In this document: positions 1 to 10,653 of the stretch, in pieces | Position numbering within the stretch: the stretch's first letter is position 1 | Layout: every line of letters begins with the position of its first letter | NCBI GenBank assembly: GCA_937625935.1 | Contig: OW569367.1 | Span: 248,001-312,000, forward strand | DNA: 64,000 nt | Source of the DNA: Tetramitus jugosus | Lineage: Eukaryota > Protista > Heterolobosea | Direction of reading: 5' to 3' | Made by a program: the position numbers and the translations under genes | The notes under the pieces: generated by a model | The model's database searches: none | Told to the model about the DNA's origin: nothing | Seen by the model: the letters and a program-made list of their open reading frames with translations, nothing else

Positions 1-630
1 TTGCAAAGGAAATTTTTTGTGCCTGTTTTGATTGCTTGTTGAATCAACAAGTACTTGACCGCATCCTAAGCAGAACCATGAGGCAGTATTCATTATAATA
101 CTCTTGGCTGAGACGGAACCACAGCCGGAACAGAACCATTGATGAGATGTGGCAACCATGATCGTAAGCTTGTGTTTGTGATTGGGTGTCGTGCACCTGT
201 TTTTTTGGGCAGTCTGGAAAATTTATAGGTAGAGTTCTATTTATACGTTGAGGTCCAACGAACTACATCCTTAAGAACAGAGCATCTATCGTGAATCTGG
301 GATTTCTCATCACTAGGTGAGCATTCTTTCCCTGCTGGCCATAATTGGCCAGAATCAACATCTCCACTGACTTTGTGCCCAACAGTTCTTATACTTGTTA
401 TGATAAATCGTTCTGGCTTCCTAAAATTTGGGGCAGCTCGAATTTCGACTTCCCATCATAACAAACTACACCTAGGTACACCACAGATTCGATCTCTCCA
501 ATGGACTTGAAGTCAGCAGAGACTGTGATCTGAGGGTCTTTGGTCACTGGAAGTTGTTGAGTATAGTTTCTAATTGATTCAACCTTATTAAAAAGATATT
601 ACAAAAACTCAATGGAGGTATGTCGTCCAT

Positions 631-2608
631 TTACGATACTTGCACATTCTTCAGATTCACATTTTTCAAACTTAGCTCTTCCTTCCAATGGTAATCGTAC
701 TGTTCCTTCCTCACCACTCCCAAGGCAAAACCAGTGTTTGCCTTGCTCTTTCTCTTCTGCTCTCTCTCCTCTCTAATATGATCATACAAATCGCTGAGGA
801 GACGATTCTTGTCACTCAAAAAATCTTTAGCTTGGGTGTTTAGAGTTTTCATCTCTTTATGTGCCTTCCGTCTCACCCATCGAATGGTTCTATCTGTTTC
901 CTCTCTGTTTCTTTCGTCATTCTCTAGAATCATTTTCTGTCTTAATAAACTTCGTTTAAACATCTCTACACTTCTCGGCTCTGCTTTCTTCATTTGTCTT
1001 ACTGTTCTTTCCGTACTTCCAAAGAAGAAAGCATTATTTACTCCCGTCTTAGGAAGAAGGTGTTGTGTGCCTGCTTTTGCTAGTTCTACGGGTGGTCGGT
1101 GAAAACGGCTCAATAATGGGCTCATGGTGTATGAATTCCAGAATCTATTGTCAATATTCATATCCTTCACCAAGGGAGTGCTCTTAGAATAGTGATATGT
1201 ATTATCCATGCTTGTTTTGACCCTCGCACGAACTGATGTTGGCTTTCTTTTGCGTGCGGATGGAGCCGTGGTCACTTTTCTGTCGATTAGCGAGAGCGTA
1301 CACTGACGACGTATCATATTGTGCACTGATTGAACACTATAACGAGGACTTTCGATTCTCTGTTGAGTTTCTAAATCCTCTCTAATCCCTTGAAAACTTA
1401 CTGCCGTTTCCCTCACTGCTGAAATCTCATGTTCTTCTTCTATTCTGCTCTTATGATCGGTACCTGCACCTCGAAACAAGTCGGAAAGAGCATGCTTTGA
1501 TGAATCATCTACTGTTTCAATCGATACTATATCGTTATCATCTGCTACGACTTCTGATATTTCTTCGTTTTCCTCTAAAATATCCTTGTGCTTTCGATCT
1601 TTTCGCTGATTATCCCAATGTTTTGGAAAATATTTTAGAATTCCTCTCTCTATCACATTCTTTCTTAACCGTATTCCTGTTAACATTTCAGATATCAATT
1701 CGTAGACTCTCATTTTAAAAGAGCTGGAACTAACTGCTTTAGATCCTGGAAAGTGATGCCTGAATCCCTTTACGATAGAATATGATATTGCATAGTGGTA
1801 ACAATCGAAGAACGCATCCCGATCATCCCTACTCATTTTCCAAAATAAACCTCGAATAGAGTTTGACATTTCATCTACCATTGATGTCAGTGAACTATCT
1901 GACATTGACTGTTGTTGAAAAAATGCACAAAACACGAACCAGAAACAGGTATTCAGTACAGTTCGAGATTCACAATTGTCAAAATACGACTTAAACTTTG
2001 CCATGTTCTTCACTGGTAATCTAATTCGTTTCACTGTTAACAAAACCGTTGAATCCAACTTGATATCGAAGGGTGGATTCTCAATAGATGTAAACTTTAT
2101 ATGCTATCAAATATATAATTAGAAGTTGTTGATACTTCAGCATCAAGTTCATCCACATTTAGTATCCTGATAACTCACTTACCGTAACATCCCTCGGCTC
2201 TTCCTCTTCCAACAACTCCTTGAATCCAAAACTTATCATACTAGGACTCCTAATTGGAGAAGAGCTCGAAGAAAGATTATCAACTTCAGTCAAATTGAAA
2301 ATCTTTGGTAGAGATAGAGATGACAAGGATCTCTCTCTTTGATGATCAGTAGTAGGTCCGGTTTGTTTTTTGAAGCTCTGAAAGAACAATGATTTGTTGG
2401 GAGAGACCTCCTTGCGGGTAATGGGAGAAACATGAGCACTGGATCCCGTTGTGCTGAATCTTCGTGTGTTCGAACCATTTCCAGAAGAAGCACTGAGCAA
2501 ATCCCCTATTCTGGTCGCAGGTGGCTGTGTCTTCTTATCATGCAATGACAGAGCATACTCTGTAAGGTGGGATCCCTCGCCAGTTCCTTCTCTCCAACTC
2601 CTCTCCAT
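631..2608 (-). CDS. FAM227-like (FWWh-domain) protein; exons complement(2183..2608, 631..2103)
   Basis: Intron 2104..2182 (GTAAGT...CTAAT...TAG) joins ORFs 2159..2608 and 631..2058 in frame (DVT|HIKF). The segment CFWFVFCAFF...RDAFFDCY...FRHHFPGS...FKMRVYELISEMLTG resembles the FWWh domain. Confidence 0.7.
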
Positions 2609-2776
2609 GATGGCCGATAATCTCGTTGGGGGTGGAAATTTTTGTAGCTTGCAAAAGAGCGCGAAAACTTAACTGTTCCGTCATCTGGCCAGAAATAGAA
2701 TTCATTTGGGATGGCGACATTGATTCCAAAGTAAAATAACAAAAGCAAAAACGTCATCAAAAGCATCGAACACAAC

Positions 2777-3361
2777 ATGTTGCGTACCACTCCATCCCTT
2801 GCCAAGACTCTGTCAGTCATCAGAACACAACAAAAGCCATTGTTTGTTGCTTCCAACCGTTTCTATGCCACTGCAAGCACATTGAATGTGACTCCACAGC
2901 CTGCCATTACACTGTACGATGCTGAAACCAAGGATCCAGTCACCACTGATCAACTATTCAAGAACAATCGCAAGGTTGTCGTGTTTGGTGTCCCTGGTGC
3001 ATTCACTCCAACTTGCTCCAACAAGCACGTGCCATCCTATCAACAACAATTCGAAGAATTGTTGAAGAACAAGGTGGATGAAGTCATTTGCTTGTCTGTC
3101 AATGATGTTTTCGTCATGAAAGCTTGGAGAGAAAGTGTTGGTGAGAAGAAGATTCGTTATTTGGCTGATCCTGCTGCCAATTTTGTAAAGTCACTCGGTC
3201 TCGATGTTGACTTGAGTGGAGCCAACTTGGGTGTCAGAAGCAAGAGATTCTCCATGTTGGTCGACAATGGCAAGGTCAAGTTCTTGAACATTGAAGACTC
3301 TCCAGGCAACTTTGACAAGACAAGTGCTGAACACTTGTTGGAACAATTGAAATCCAATTAA
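2777..3361 (+). CDS. PRDX5: Type II peroxiredoxin (PRDX5-like), probably mitochondrial
   Basis: VVFGVPGAFTPTCSNKHVP active site and RSKRFSMLVDNG. The N-terminus is rich in Arg/Ser/Thr and lacks acidic residues, like a presequence. Confidence 0.93.
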   Translation: MLRTTPSLAKTLSVIRTQQKPLFVASNRFYATASTLNVTPQPAITLYDAETKDPVTTDQLFKNNRKVVVFGVPGAFTPTCSNKHVPSYQQQFEELLKNKVDEVICLSVNDVFVMKAWRESVGEKKIRYLADPAANFVKSLGLDVDLSGANLGVRSKRFSMLVDNGKVKFLNIEDSPGNFDKTSAEHLLEQLKSN

Positions 3362-3537
3362 ATACACATCTTCACTCCATTGTCCAACCTCGCATGTTGT
3401 CCACACATTCAGAATGTTCTAGCTGCTGTGTTTTTGGTTTTGATTGGGTCGGCAAAATCTGAATATTATTTTAAGAATTCTCTTTTTCTCTCATTCAACA
3501 ACAAAATCAATTAGAAGAAACATCTATTCCCACAACA

Positions 3538-5574
3538 ATGTCAGTAGTAGATCTATCCATCTTAACCAGAGGCCTTCCCTCCACTTTGCCACCTGCTCCC
3601 AAGCAAGCAAGATCTCCACATGTGCCTCATGCACCAAGCAAGCCAATTGATCAAATTTTGACCACGAGACAACAAAAGGAACTTGCACTGAGAAATGCCC
3701 TTCGTTATTTCCCAAATGAATGGCACGAAGAGCTACTCGAAGAATTCAATCAAGAGCTAAGAGAATATGGTCATATTTACATGTATCGTTTCAAGCCAAC
3801 AGAATATGAGATGAAAGCGTATCCATTGGCTGATTATTTGCCTCATGTCAAGTGTCAACAAGCAGCTGCTGTCATGCTCATGATTATGAACAATTTGGAT
3901 CAGAGAGTGGCTCAGTTCCCAGAGGAGTTGGTCACTTATGGTACTAATGGTTCTGTTTTTCAGAATTGGGCTCAATTCTTGCTCGTTATGAGATACTTGA
4001 GTCAAATGACTGATGAACAAACATTGGTCATGTACAGTGGTCACCCAATGGGCTTGTTCCCATCTCACAAGGAAGCTCCAAGAGTGGTTGTCACTAACGG
4101 AATGGTCGTTCCAAACTATTCCACAAGAGAAGACTATGAATTGATGTATGCACTCGGTGTGACACAATATGGACAAATGACTGCTGGAAGTTATTGCTAC
4201 ATTGGTCCACAGGGTATTGTTCACGGAACTACTTTGACTATTTTGGGTGCTGGTAGAAAGTACTTGGGTTTGGAGGACTTGAGTGGTAAGGTGTTTGTGA
4301 CATCGGGTCTAGGTGGTATGTCTGGTGCACAACCAAAGGCAGGAACCATTTGTGGATGTGTTTCTGTGACTGCCGAAGTGAACGAAGCTGCTTTGATGAA
4401 GAGATATGAGCAAGGATGGGTGATGGAAGTGGTGCGTGACTTGGACAGTTGCGTTGCCATGATTAAGAAGGGAAGAATCGAGAAGAAGCCATTGTCAATT
4501 GCCTATTTGGGCAATGTGGTTGATTTATGGGAGAGATTGGCACAGGAGGAAGAAATGGTTGTCGAATTGGCCAGTGATCAGACAAGTTGTCACAATGTTT
4601 TCAATGGTGGATATTACCCTGTAGGACTCACTGTTGAAGAGTCAAATGAATTGATGAGAACAAATCAGGAAGAGTTTAAGAAACGCGTCCAGGAATCATT
4701 GAGAAGACAAGTGAAGGCCATTAATGTATTGACCGAAAGAGGTATGAAGTTCTGGGATTACGGAAACTCGTTCTTGCTCGAAGCAAGCAGAGCCGGTGCA
4801 GATGTGCTCGACAAGAATGATGTAACTGGACAAAACTTCCGCTATCCATCCTACGTTCAAGATATTATGGGTGATATCTTTAGTTTGGGATTCGGTCCAT
4901 TCCGGTGGGTATGCCTCTCTGGCAATCCAGCTGACCTCGAAGAGACTGATCGAATTGCCGCTGAAGTTATTGACCAACTGACACAGATTTCACCTCTCAG
5001 CGCCAAGCAACAGTACGGTGACAATTACAAATGGATTATTCAAGCAGGAGAGAACAAGCTTGTCGTTGGTAGTCAAGCTAGAATTTTGTACAGTGATCTG
5101 GAAGGCAGAAGAAAGATTGCTCTTGCCTTCAATGAAGCCGTTGCCAGTGGTAAAATTGGTCCTATTGCAATCTCAAGAGATCACCACGATGTTTCTGGTG
5201 CTGATTCACCATGGAGAGAGACCAGCAACGTGTATGATGGCTCATTCAAGACTGCTGATATGGCTGTGCACACAGTGATTGGAAACAGTTTCAGAGGAGC
5301 CACCTGGATCGCACTACACAACGGTGGAGGAACAGGCTGGGGAGAGGCAATCAACTGCGGTTTCGGTCTAGTACTCGATGGATCACCAGAGGCAAGCAAC
5401 AGAGCTAACAACATGTTGTTCTGGGATGTGGCCAACGGATTGAGCAGAAGATGCTGGAGCGGTAACTCCAATGCCATTGAAACTGTTGACCGTGTTATGC
5501 AACAGTACGGAGATTTGACCGTGACCATGCCTCAACAGGTGTCTGATGACTTGCTAAAGAAGGCTCAACTCTAG
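3538..5574 (+). CDS. UROC1: Urocanate hydratase, eukaryotic long type
   Basis: GQMTAGSYCYIGPQGIVHGT, GLGGMSGAQP, SDQTSCHN, RDHHDVSG and LHNGGG motifs; 678 aa. Confidence 0.97.
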   Translation: MSVVDLSILTRGLPSTLPPAPKQARSPHVPHAPSKPIDQILTTRQQKELALRNALRYFPNEWHEELLEEFNQELREYGHIYMYRFKPTEYEMKAYPLADYLPHVKCQQAAAVMLMIMNNLDQRVAQFPEELVTYGTNGSVFQNWAQFLLVMRYLSQMTDEQTLVMYSGHPMGLFPSHKEAPRVVVTNGMVVPNYSTREDYELMYALGVTQYGQMTAGSYCYIGPQGIVHGTTLTILGAGRKYLGLEDLSGKVFVTSGLGGMSGAQPKAGTICGCVSVTAEVNEAALMKRYEQGWVMEVVRDLDSCVAMIKKGRIEKKPLSIAYLGNVVDLWERLAQEEEMVVELASDQTSCHNVFNGGYYPVGLTVEESNELMRTNQEEFKKRVQESLRRQVKAINVLTERGMKFWDYGNSFLLEASRAGADVLDKNDVTGQNFRYPSYVQDIMGDIFSLGFGPFRWVCLSGNPADLEETDRIAAEVIDQLTQISPLSAKQQYGDNYKWIIQAGENKLVVGSQARILYSDLEGRRKIALAFNEAVASGKIGPIAISRDHHDVSGADSPWRETSNVYDGSFKTADMAVHTVIGNSFRGATWIALHNGGGTGWGEAINCGFGLVLDGSPEASNRANNMLFWDVANGLSRRCWSGNSNAIETVDRVMQQYGDLTVTMPQQVSDDLLKKAQL

Positions 5575-5653
5575 AAAGCAAAAAGGTACTGGATCATCAA
5601 AACATGGAACGAAATAATTAAATGACATTTTTACTTGTTGTTCAGAGATCCGT

Positions 5654-6115
5654 TTACAAATCAACACTTCCAGAGTGATTGACAGCATCTGGCAAAGACT
5701 TTGCTCTGCGAACAAACGCAATAAATAAGACAGAGGACACAAAAGTCACCAAATCAACAATGAGCATAAAGATTCCAATTGTAATTGCTCCATTGGTGTA
5801 CCATCTTCTGACTTCTCCCTTGGTGGAAGCGCCCCAGTAAATGACAGAAATGAACAACAAAACAATTTCCAAGAGAACGGCAACAGAGTGACCGATCGAA
5901 CAGTACCATCCGACATCGGCATTTCCTTCGCTTGACTCTGTTGAAAGTGCACTGAGAACACCAAACAATCCAACAATGGAAACACCAATGTGAACCATGG
6001 AGATGATCATTGGGAACCACATGTAGAGACCTGGTAACATGAATAGAAGAGTGGTGATCATTGAGATGAAGATACTCGCTAAGAGTATGATTCTGACGAT
6101 AGCAATCGTGTTCAT
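5654..6115 (-). CDS. Small four-pass membrane protein, unknown function
   Basis: 153-aa ATG ORF with four hydrophobic segments and an A/C-rich leader. Confidence 0.75.
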   Translation of the reverse strand: MNTIAIVRIILLASIFISMITTLLFMLPGLYMWFPMIISMVHIGVSIVGLFGVLSALSTESSEGNADVGWYCSIGHSVAVLLEIVLLFISVIYWGASTKGEVRRWYTNGAITIGIFMLIVDLVTFVSSVLFIAFVRRAKSLPDAVNHSGSVDL

Positions 6116-6260
6116 TTTGAGAAATAAGTAACGTTGGTGATTACGTGTGTTGTTGATGTTTTGGTGTGTTTTTTTTGTGGTAGGGGAAAAATTTGACCGA
6201 TCTCTGTCGGGGTCTGTGAATTGGAGTGTTCTGGATGGGAGTGAGAAGGAGAAGAAGGAC

Positions 6261-7940
6261 TCAGAGTGTTGTATTGGACATGAATTGGTTAAAGTAGTTG
6301 TGCAATTCTTTGGCTAACCTGTGGAACAGCACTTTGACGTTTTGTCCTGTCCTTGCACTTGTTTCAAAGTATTGAGCATGAATACTGTCGGCAAACTCTT
6401 GTCCATCTTGAAACGAGATGACTCGTGCTGCGTCATTGTCAATCTTATTGGCAATAACCATAAATACGACATGCTGTCTCGTCCTTGTCTTGCTTTTCGT
6501 ATTGACCTGCACCGATCGATCAATATAATCCTTTACTTCCTCCAGCCATTCACGCTTGACATGAATGAAAGACTGAGCGTCACACACATTGTAAACGAGC
6601 ACAACTGCGTGACAGCCTTGATAGTACACTTGCCTGAAATCTGAATAATCGAGATCACCAGCCGCGTCCCACAACTGGAGCTGAACACGTTGCTTTCGCT
6701 TTACCAGCGGCGTGTTGTTTCCACTATTACTACCGCTGCTATTTGCATTGAATGACATGGATGTCGTGTAGGGCACTGGTGATCTACCATTGATCGATGT
6801 GTACCGACTATGAGCTGGAAGTGATTTAGCAGGAGATGGCATACGACCCGATCTGCCCGGTATCAGACTAGATGACACAGTCAACAGAGAACCCTGAACC
6901 GATGACATATTCTTGATCGATAGAGAGGTGGATGAAGTGGAGGGTGATATCGTTGGCTTCTCTTCGCTATTGGCATTGTTTAATCGGTTTATATTTGTTG
7001 TTTCTACCTCTATCGTGCAATTACTAAACTCAATGCCTATCGTTTGACTCGTATCTTCAGAAAACGTGTTGGATTCATACCGGCTAATGAGACTACTCTT
7101 ACCGACAGAAGAATCTCCCAATAAAATAACCTTAAATTGTTCGATATAATCACGCGTCACCAGCACAAACGACGAATCATTGTTCACACTCTGAGCAATA
7201 CCATTATTCATCACACTGCCACTACCATTATGACTACTCTGTACGCTACTGCTTCCAATCGTGTTATTAATACTGTTGGATCGACTGTGATTTCCTCGTT
7301 TTTGTTGCCTGCTATTGTTCGACATTGTTCCCACATGACTGCTACTCGCAGTATTATTGTTATTGTAGCTCTGATAAGATGAGTATTGTGAATGATTGTT
7401 TGGTAAACCTCTTCTGAGACTACCTTGTATCATGTTTCGTTTGTGAGATTGGAGAGGAATTTGTGGAGGTTGTCTTGCACTGTGTTGATGTAGATTGTTG
7501 AATCGATAGTAGACATCATCATCAGCTGGTTCATCGTCCATCATCATCATCATGGCTCCATTATTGTTATTATTGTTGTTATAGTGGTGTTCATCGTTGG
7601 GCATCAAATCTTCATCATCGATATTGGGTTGGAAGAATAGCTCATGGCTACTATTATCATTATATTGTGGTTGTTCAGTGTTGGGTGGATCTAACGTTGT
7701 TGTTTCTTCAATGATATCACATTTGGGTAAGTTGGATGGAGGTATACTATCAAATTCGTTCAATGAAGCAGTTAAGCTATTCCCAATTGTAGCTTGTGAA
7801 GCCGTAGTTGCACTGCGATTATTTCCCCGATTGGCGCGAGCAAGGATCGAAGTTTTGGAATTGATGTCGTCGGATAATTCAGAAAACTCGGAATTTTCGT
7901 CTTCGCTGTTGCTATTGAAGCATGTAAGGAGTCGTCTCAT
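6261..7940 (-). CDS. Atypical Rab-like small GTPase with a long low-complexity N-terminus and an internal insertion
   Basis: G1 GDSSVGKS, TIGIEF, G3 variant WDAAGD, G4 NKID, G5 ETSA; no C-terminal Cys. Confidence 0.85.
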   Translation of the reverse strand: MRRLLTCFNSNSEDENSEFSELSDDINSKTSILARANRGNNRSATTASQATIGNSLTASLNEFDSIPPSNLPKCDIIEETTTLDPPNTEQPQYNDNSSHELFFQPNIDDEDLMPNDEHHYNNNNNNNGAMMMMMDDEPADDDVYYRFNNLHQHSARQPPQIPLQSHKRNMIQGSLRRGLPNNHSQYSSYQSYNNNNTASSSHVGTMSNNSRQQKRGNHSRSNSINNTIGSSSVQSSHNGSGSVMNNGIAQSVNNDSSFVLVTRDYIEQFKVILLGDSSVGKSSLISRYESNTFSEDTSQTIGIEFSNCTIEVETTNINRLNNANSEEKPTISPSTSSTSLSIKNMSSVQGSLLTVSSSLIPGRSGRMPSPAKSLPAHSRYTSINGRSPVPYTTSMSFNANSSGSNSGNNTPLVKRKQRVQLQLWDAAGDLDYSDFRQVYYQGCHAVVLVYNVCDAQSFIHVKREWLEEVKDYIDRSVQVNTKSKTRTRQHVVFMVIANKIDNDAARVISFQDGQEFADSIHAQYFETSARTGQNVKVLFHRLAKELHNYFNQFMSNTTL

Positions 7941-8490
7941 TTTTGTAAGATAATAATGACTATTGGTTGTGAATTGTTGCTGTTTGTTTGAAAAAATTGA
8001 GTGTTTGAAGTCGCTTGGTTGGTCGTGTTATGAGTTGTGATGATGTGTGAATGAACCCGGTCCACCAAAAATGAAAACTTCTTCTTTTGTTATTATGGTG
8101 GTGAGGTTGTTTGTTGTTTGTTCTCAGAAGTGTGTCGATGACGAATTCCACCTCCAAAGAACTACAAAACTTTGACGCATCACCCATCCAACTCGCGGTT
8201 GGATTCGATAATTCGGAGATTGTGCCTCATTGATGATTGTGTACGTGTCCATTCAGAACCCCACATGCACAAGAAACCAACGACAACCCAAACAACCATC
8301 TTCTCACCATTTCAAATTTTCTGAAAAGCTTCGATGAGAACAATGTGAATTCAACTTTATCTCGACTGGTCTCTTCAGACCTTGTTGGTGACACCAAAAA
8401 TAGCAGACGAGTGTTCTCCGCAAAACGCAACAAAACTCCACAAACCACCACCTGTGGAGCAAACAGCAAAACAACATTGACAACAAAAGC

Positions 8491-9402
8491 ATGCCTAAAA
8501 AATACAAAAAAATTGAAAAGATTGGTGAGGGCACATACGGTATCGTTTACAAGGCCATTCGTACCGATGATAGCAACAATAACAACAACATGGTTGCTCT
8601 CAAAAAAATTAGACTAGAGAATGAGAATGAAGGAGTGCCATGTACTGCTATTCGAGAGATTGCACTGCTCAAAGAGCTTCATCATCCCAATATTGTTCAA
8701 CTACTCGATGTGATTCACTCTGAGCGATCATTGACACTTGTTTTCGAGTATTTGGATCAGGGTGACCTCCATTCCTATATGAACATGAATGGTAAATTAT
8801 CGTATCGAACCATTGTTTCATTTATGCATCAATTGTTGAAGGGATTGGTCTATTGTCATGCAAAGAGCATATTGCATAGGGATTTAAAGCCTCATAATCT
8901 GCTCATTAATCGATATGGAGAGTTGAAGCTTGCAGATTTTGGATTGGCAAGAGCGTTTGCGATACCAGTGAAAAAATTGACTCATGAAGTTGTTACACTG
9001 TGGTATAGAGCTCCGGATGTGTTGTTGGGAAATCAACAGTATGGATCAGCGGTGGACATGTGGTCCGTTGGATGTATTTTTGTGGAGATGATGACTGGAT
9101 CGCCTCCGTTTGCTGAGACAAGTGAGCTCATGCAGCTCAAGAGGATATTTTCTGTCATGGGAACACCGAGTGTGCAATCTTGGCCTTCGATTGTCGATTT
9201 ACCTGCCTATGAAGCAATGCTTCGAAGTTCAGAGCTCATGAGCACTCACTACAATGCTGTTCCGTTGCAAGTGGCGTTCAAGCGGTTCGCTAATCATCCT
9301 GAAGCGCTGGACTTGGTGCAAAGGATGTTGAGATATGACCCTGCGAGTCGTATTTCAGCAAATGATGCACTTGGTCATCCCTTCTTTGCCTCACTTCATT
9401 AA
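8491..9402 (+). CDS. Cyclin-dependent kinase with PCTAIRE motif (CDK5/CRK1-type)
   Basis: [26 protein letters not shown] and [12 protein letters not shown]. Confidence 0.93.
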   Translation: MPKKYKKIEKIGEGTYGIVYKAIRTDDSNNNNNMVALKKIRLENENEGVPCTAIREIALLKELHHPNIVQLLDVIHSERSLTLVFEYLDQGDLHSYMNMNGKLSYRTIVSFMHQLLKGLVYCHAKSILHRDLKPHNLLINRYGELKLADFGLARAFAIPVKKLTHEVVTLWYRAPDVLLGNQQYGSAVDMWSVGCIFVEMMTGSPPFAETSELMQLKRIFSVMGTPSVQSWPSIVDLPAYEAMLRSSELMSTHYNAVPLQVAFKRFANHPEALDLVQRMLRYDPASRISANDALGHPFFASLH

Positions 9403-9556
9403 AATCATTGTATCAAATATACATTGTATCAAAGCAACATATTATCAAAACAACTGATTTGATCACAAAAATCAAGTTTCAGCTCAGGGGCAGCAACCGT
9501 AGAGTTGCGGGCGAAATTTGACCCCTCCTGAACAGCACTCATTTTGTTGAAGGTTC

Positions 9557-9675
9557 ATGAATTCACACACGATCGCCGCACACACTCGCACACGCATCGT
9601 TCACGAAGCTCTCTCAAGAGAATGAACCACCCACAAACAAAGCAACCAAACATCCATTTTATATCAAGCTTTTAA
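9557..9675 (+). promoter_or_regulatory. Two overlapping upstream ORFs 5' of spermidine synthase (9557..9625, 22 aa; 9622..9675, 17 aa)
   Basis: Read directly. The uORF1 stop and the uORF2 start share ATGA at 9622-9625. Inclusion in the mRNA is not proven. Confidence 0.4.
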
Positions 9676-9705
9676 CGAAAATAACAGCAAAAACAGCAAT
9701 AAGCA

Positions 9706-10566
9706 ATGGACAGCATCAAGAATTCTGGTGACCAATGGTTCAGTGAGCTATCAACCATGTGGCCTGGTCAAGCCCTCTCACTCCAAGTCAAGGAAATCCT
9801 CTATCAAGCCAAGTCAGAGTTTCAAGAGCTTTGTGTGTTTGAGAGCGTAAGCATGGGCAGAGTATTGACTTTGGATGGTGTGATTCAAGTGACTGATCAC
9901 GATGAATTTGCCTATCAAGAAATGATTACTCATTTGCCATTGTGTGGCAAGGTGGGTGAGCTCAAGAAGGTTTGCATCATTGGTGGTGGTGATGGTGGTG
10001 TTGTTAGAGAAATTCTCCGACATCCATCTGTCGAAGAAGTTCACTTGTGTGAGATTGATCAAGCTGTGATTGATACTGCCAAAAAGTACTTTCCTCGTGT
10101 AGCTTGTCAATTGGAGAATCCAAAGCTACAGATTCATTTGATGGATGGCGCTCAATTCTTGCGCGATCACAAGAATGAGTTTGATGTTGTGATTGTGGAT
10201 AGCTCTGATCCTGTTGGACCTGCCGAATCACTCTTCCAAGCTGATTTCTATCAGGATGCTCATGACGCATTGAAGGAAGATGGTGTTTTGTGCACTCAAG
10301 CTGAGAGCATTTGGTTGCACTTGAATTTGATTGTAGACATGTCCAAGTTTGTCTCCAAGATTTTTGCAAAGTGTGAGTACGCATACACCTTGATTCCTAC
10401 TTATCCAAGTGGAATGATTGGTTTCTTCTTGTGCAGCAAGAATGCTCAGGGATGCAAGAAGGTTCAAAGAGAGCCAACCAACGAAGTTCAGTACTATACT
10501 GCTGATATTCACGCTGCTAGCTTTGTTCTTCCAAAGTTTGCTGCCGAGAAGATTAATACCAACTGA
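9706..10566 (+). CDS. SRM: Spermidine synthase
   Basis: WFSE...WPGQA, LDGVIQ, IIGGGDGG, DSSDPVGPA and IPTYPSG. Confidence 0.97.
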   Translation: MDSIKNSGDQWFSELSTMWPGQALSLQVKEILYQAKSEFQELCVFESVSMGRVLTLDGVIQVTDHDEFAYQEMITHLPLCGKVGELKKVCIIGGGDGGVVREILRHPSVEEVHLCEIDQAVIDTAKKYFPRVACQLENPKLQIHLMDGAQFLRDHKNEFDVVIVDSSDPVGPAESLFQADFYQDAHDALKEDGVLCTQAESIWLHLNLIVDMSKFVSKIFAKCEYAYTLIPTYPSGMIGFFLCSKNAQGCKKVQREPTNEVQYYTADIHAASFVLPKFAAEKINTN

Positions 10567-10653
10567 AACGCGGAATTCCAGCGTTGCTGTGTTCGCACAG
10601 TTTGTGACGTAATTCTCATCTCACTGATTGCGTGGTGCATTATGCAGCTGGAG
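10567..10653 (+). other. Predicted structured RNA element in the spermidine synthase 3' UTR
   Basis: Closing stem 10576-82/10647-53 encloses hairpins 10586-10601 (UUCG loop), 10607-10633 and 10636-10646; paired by hand. Confidence 0.5.

Noticed and set aside
3361-3434. Possible structure in the PRDX5 3' UTR
   Set aside because: Only 4-5 bp stems; too weak to claim.
10576-10653. tRNA, SECIS or C/D snoRNA interpretation of the SRM 3' element
   Set aside because: Arm order and conserved tRNA bases do not fit on either strand. There is no SECIS apical AA at the right spacing and no properly paired C and D boxes.
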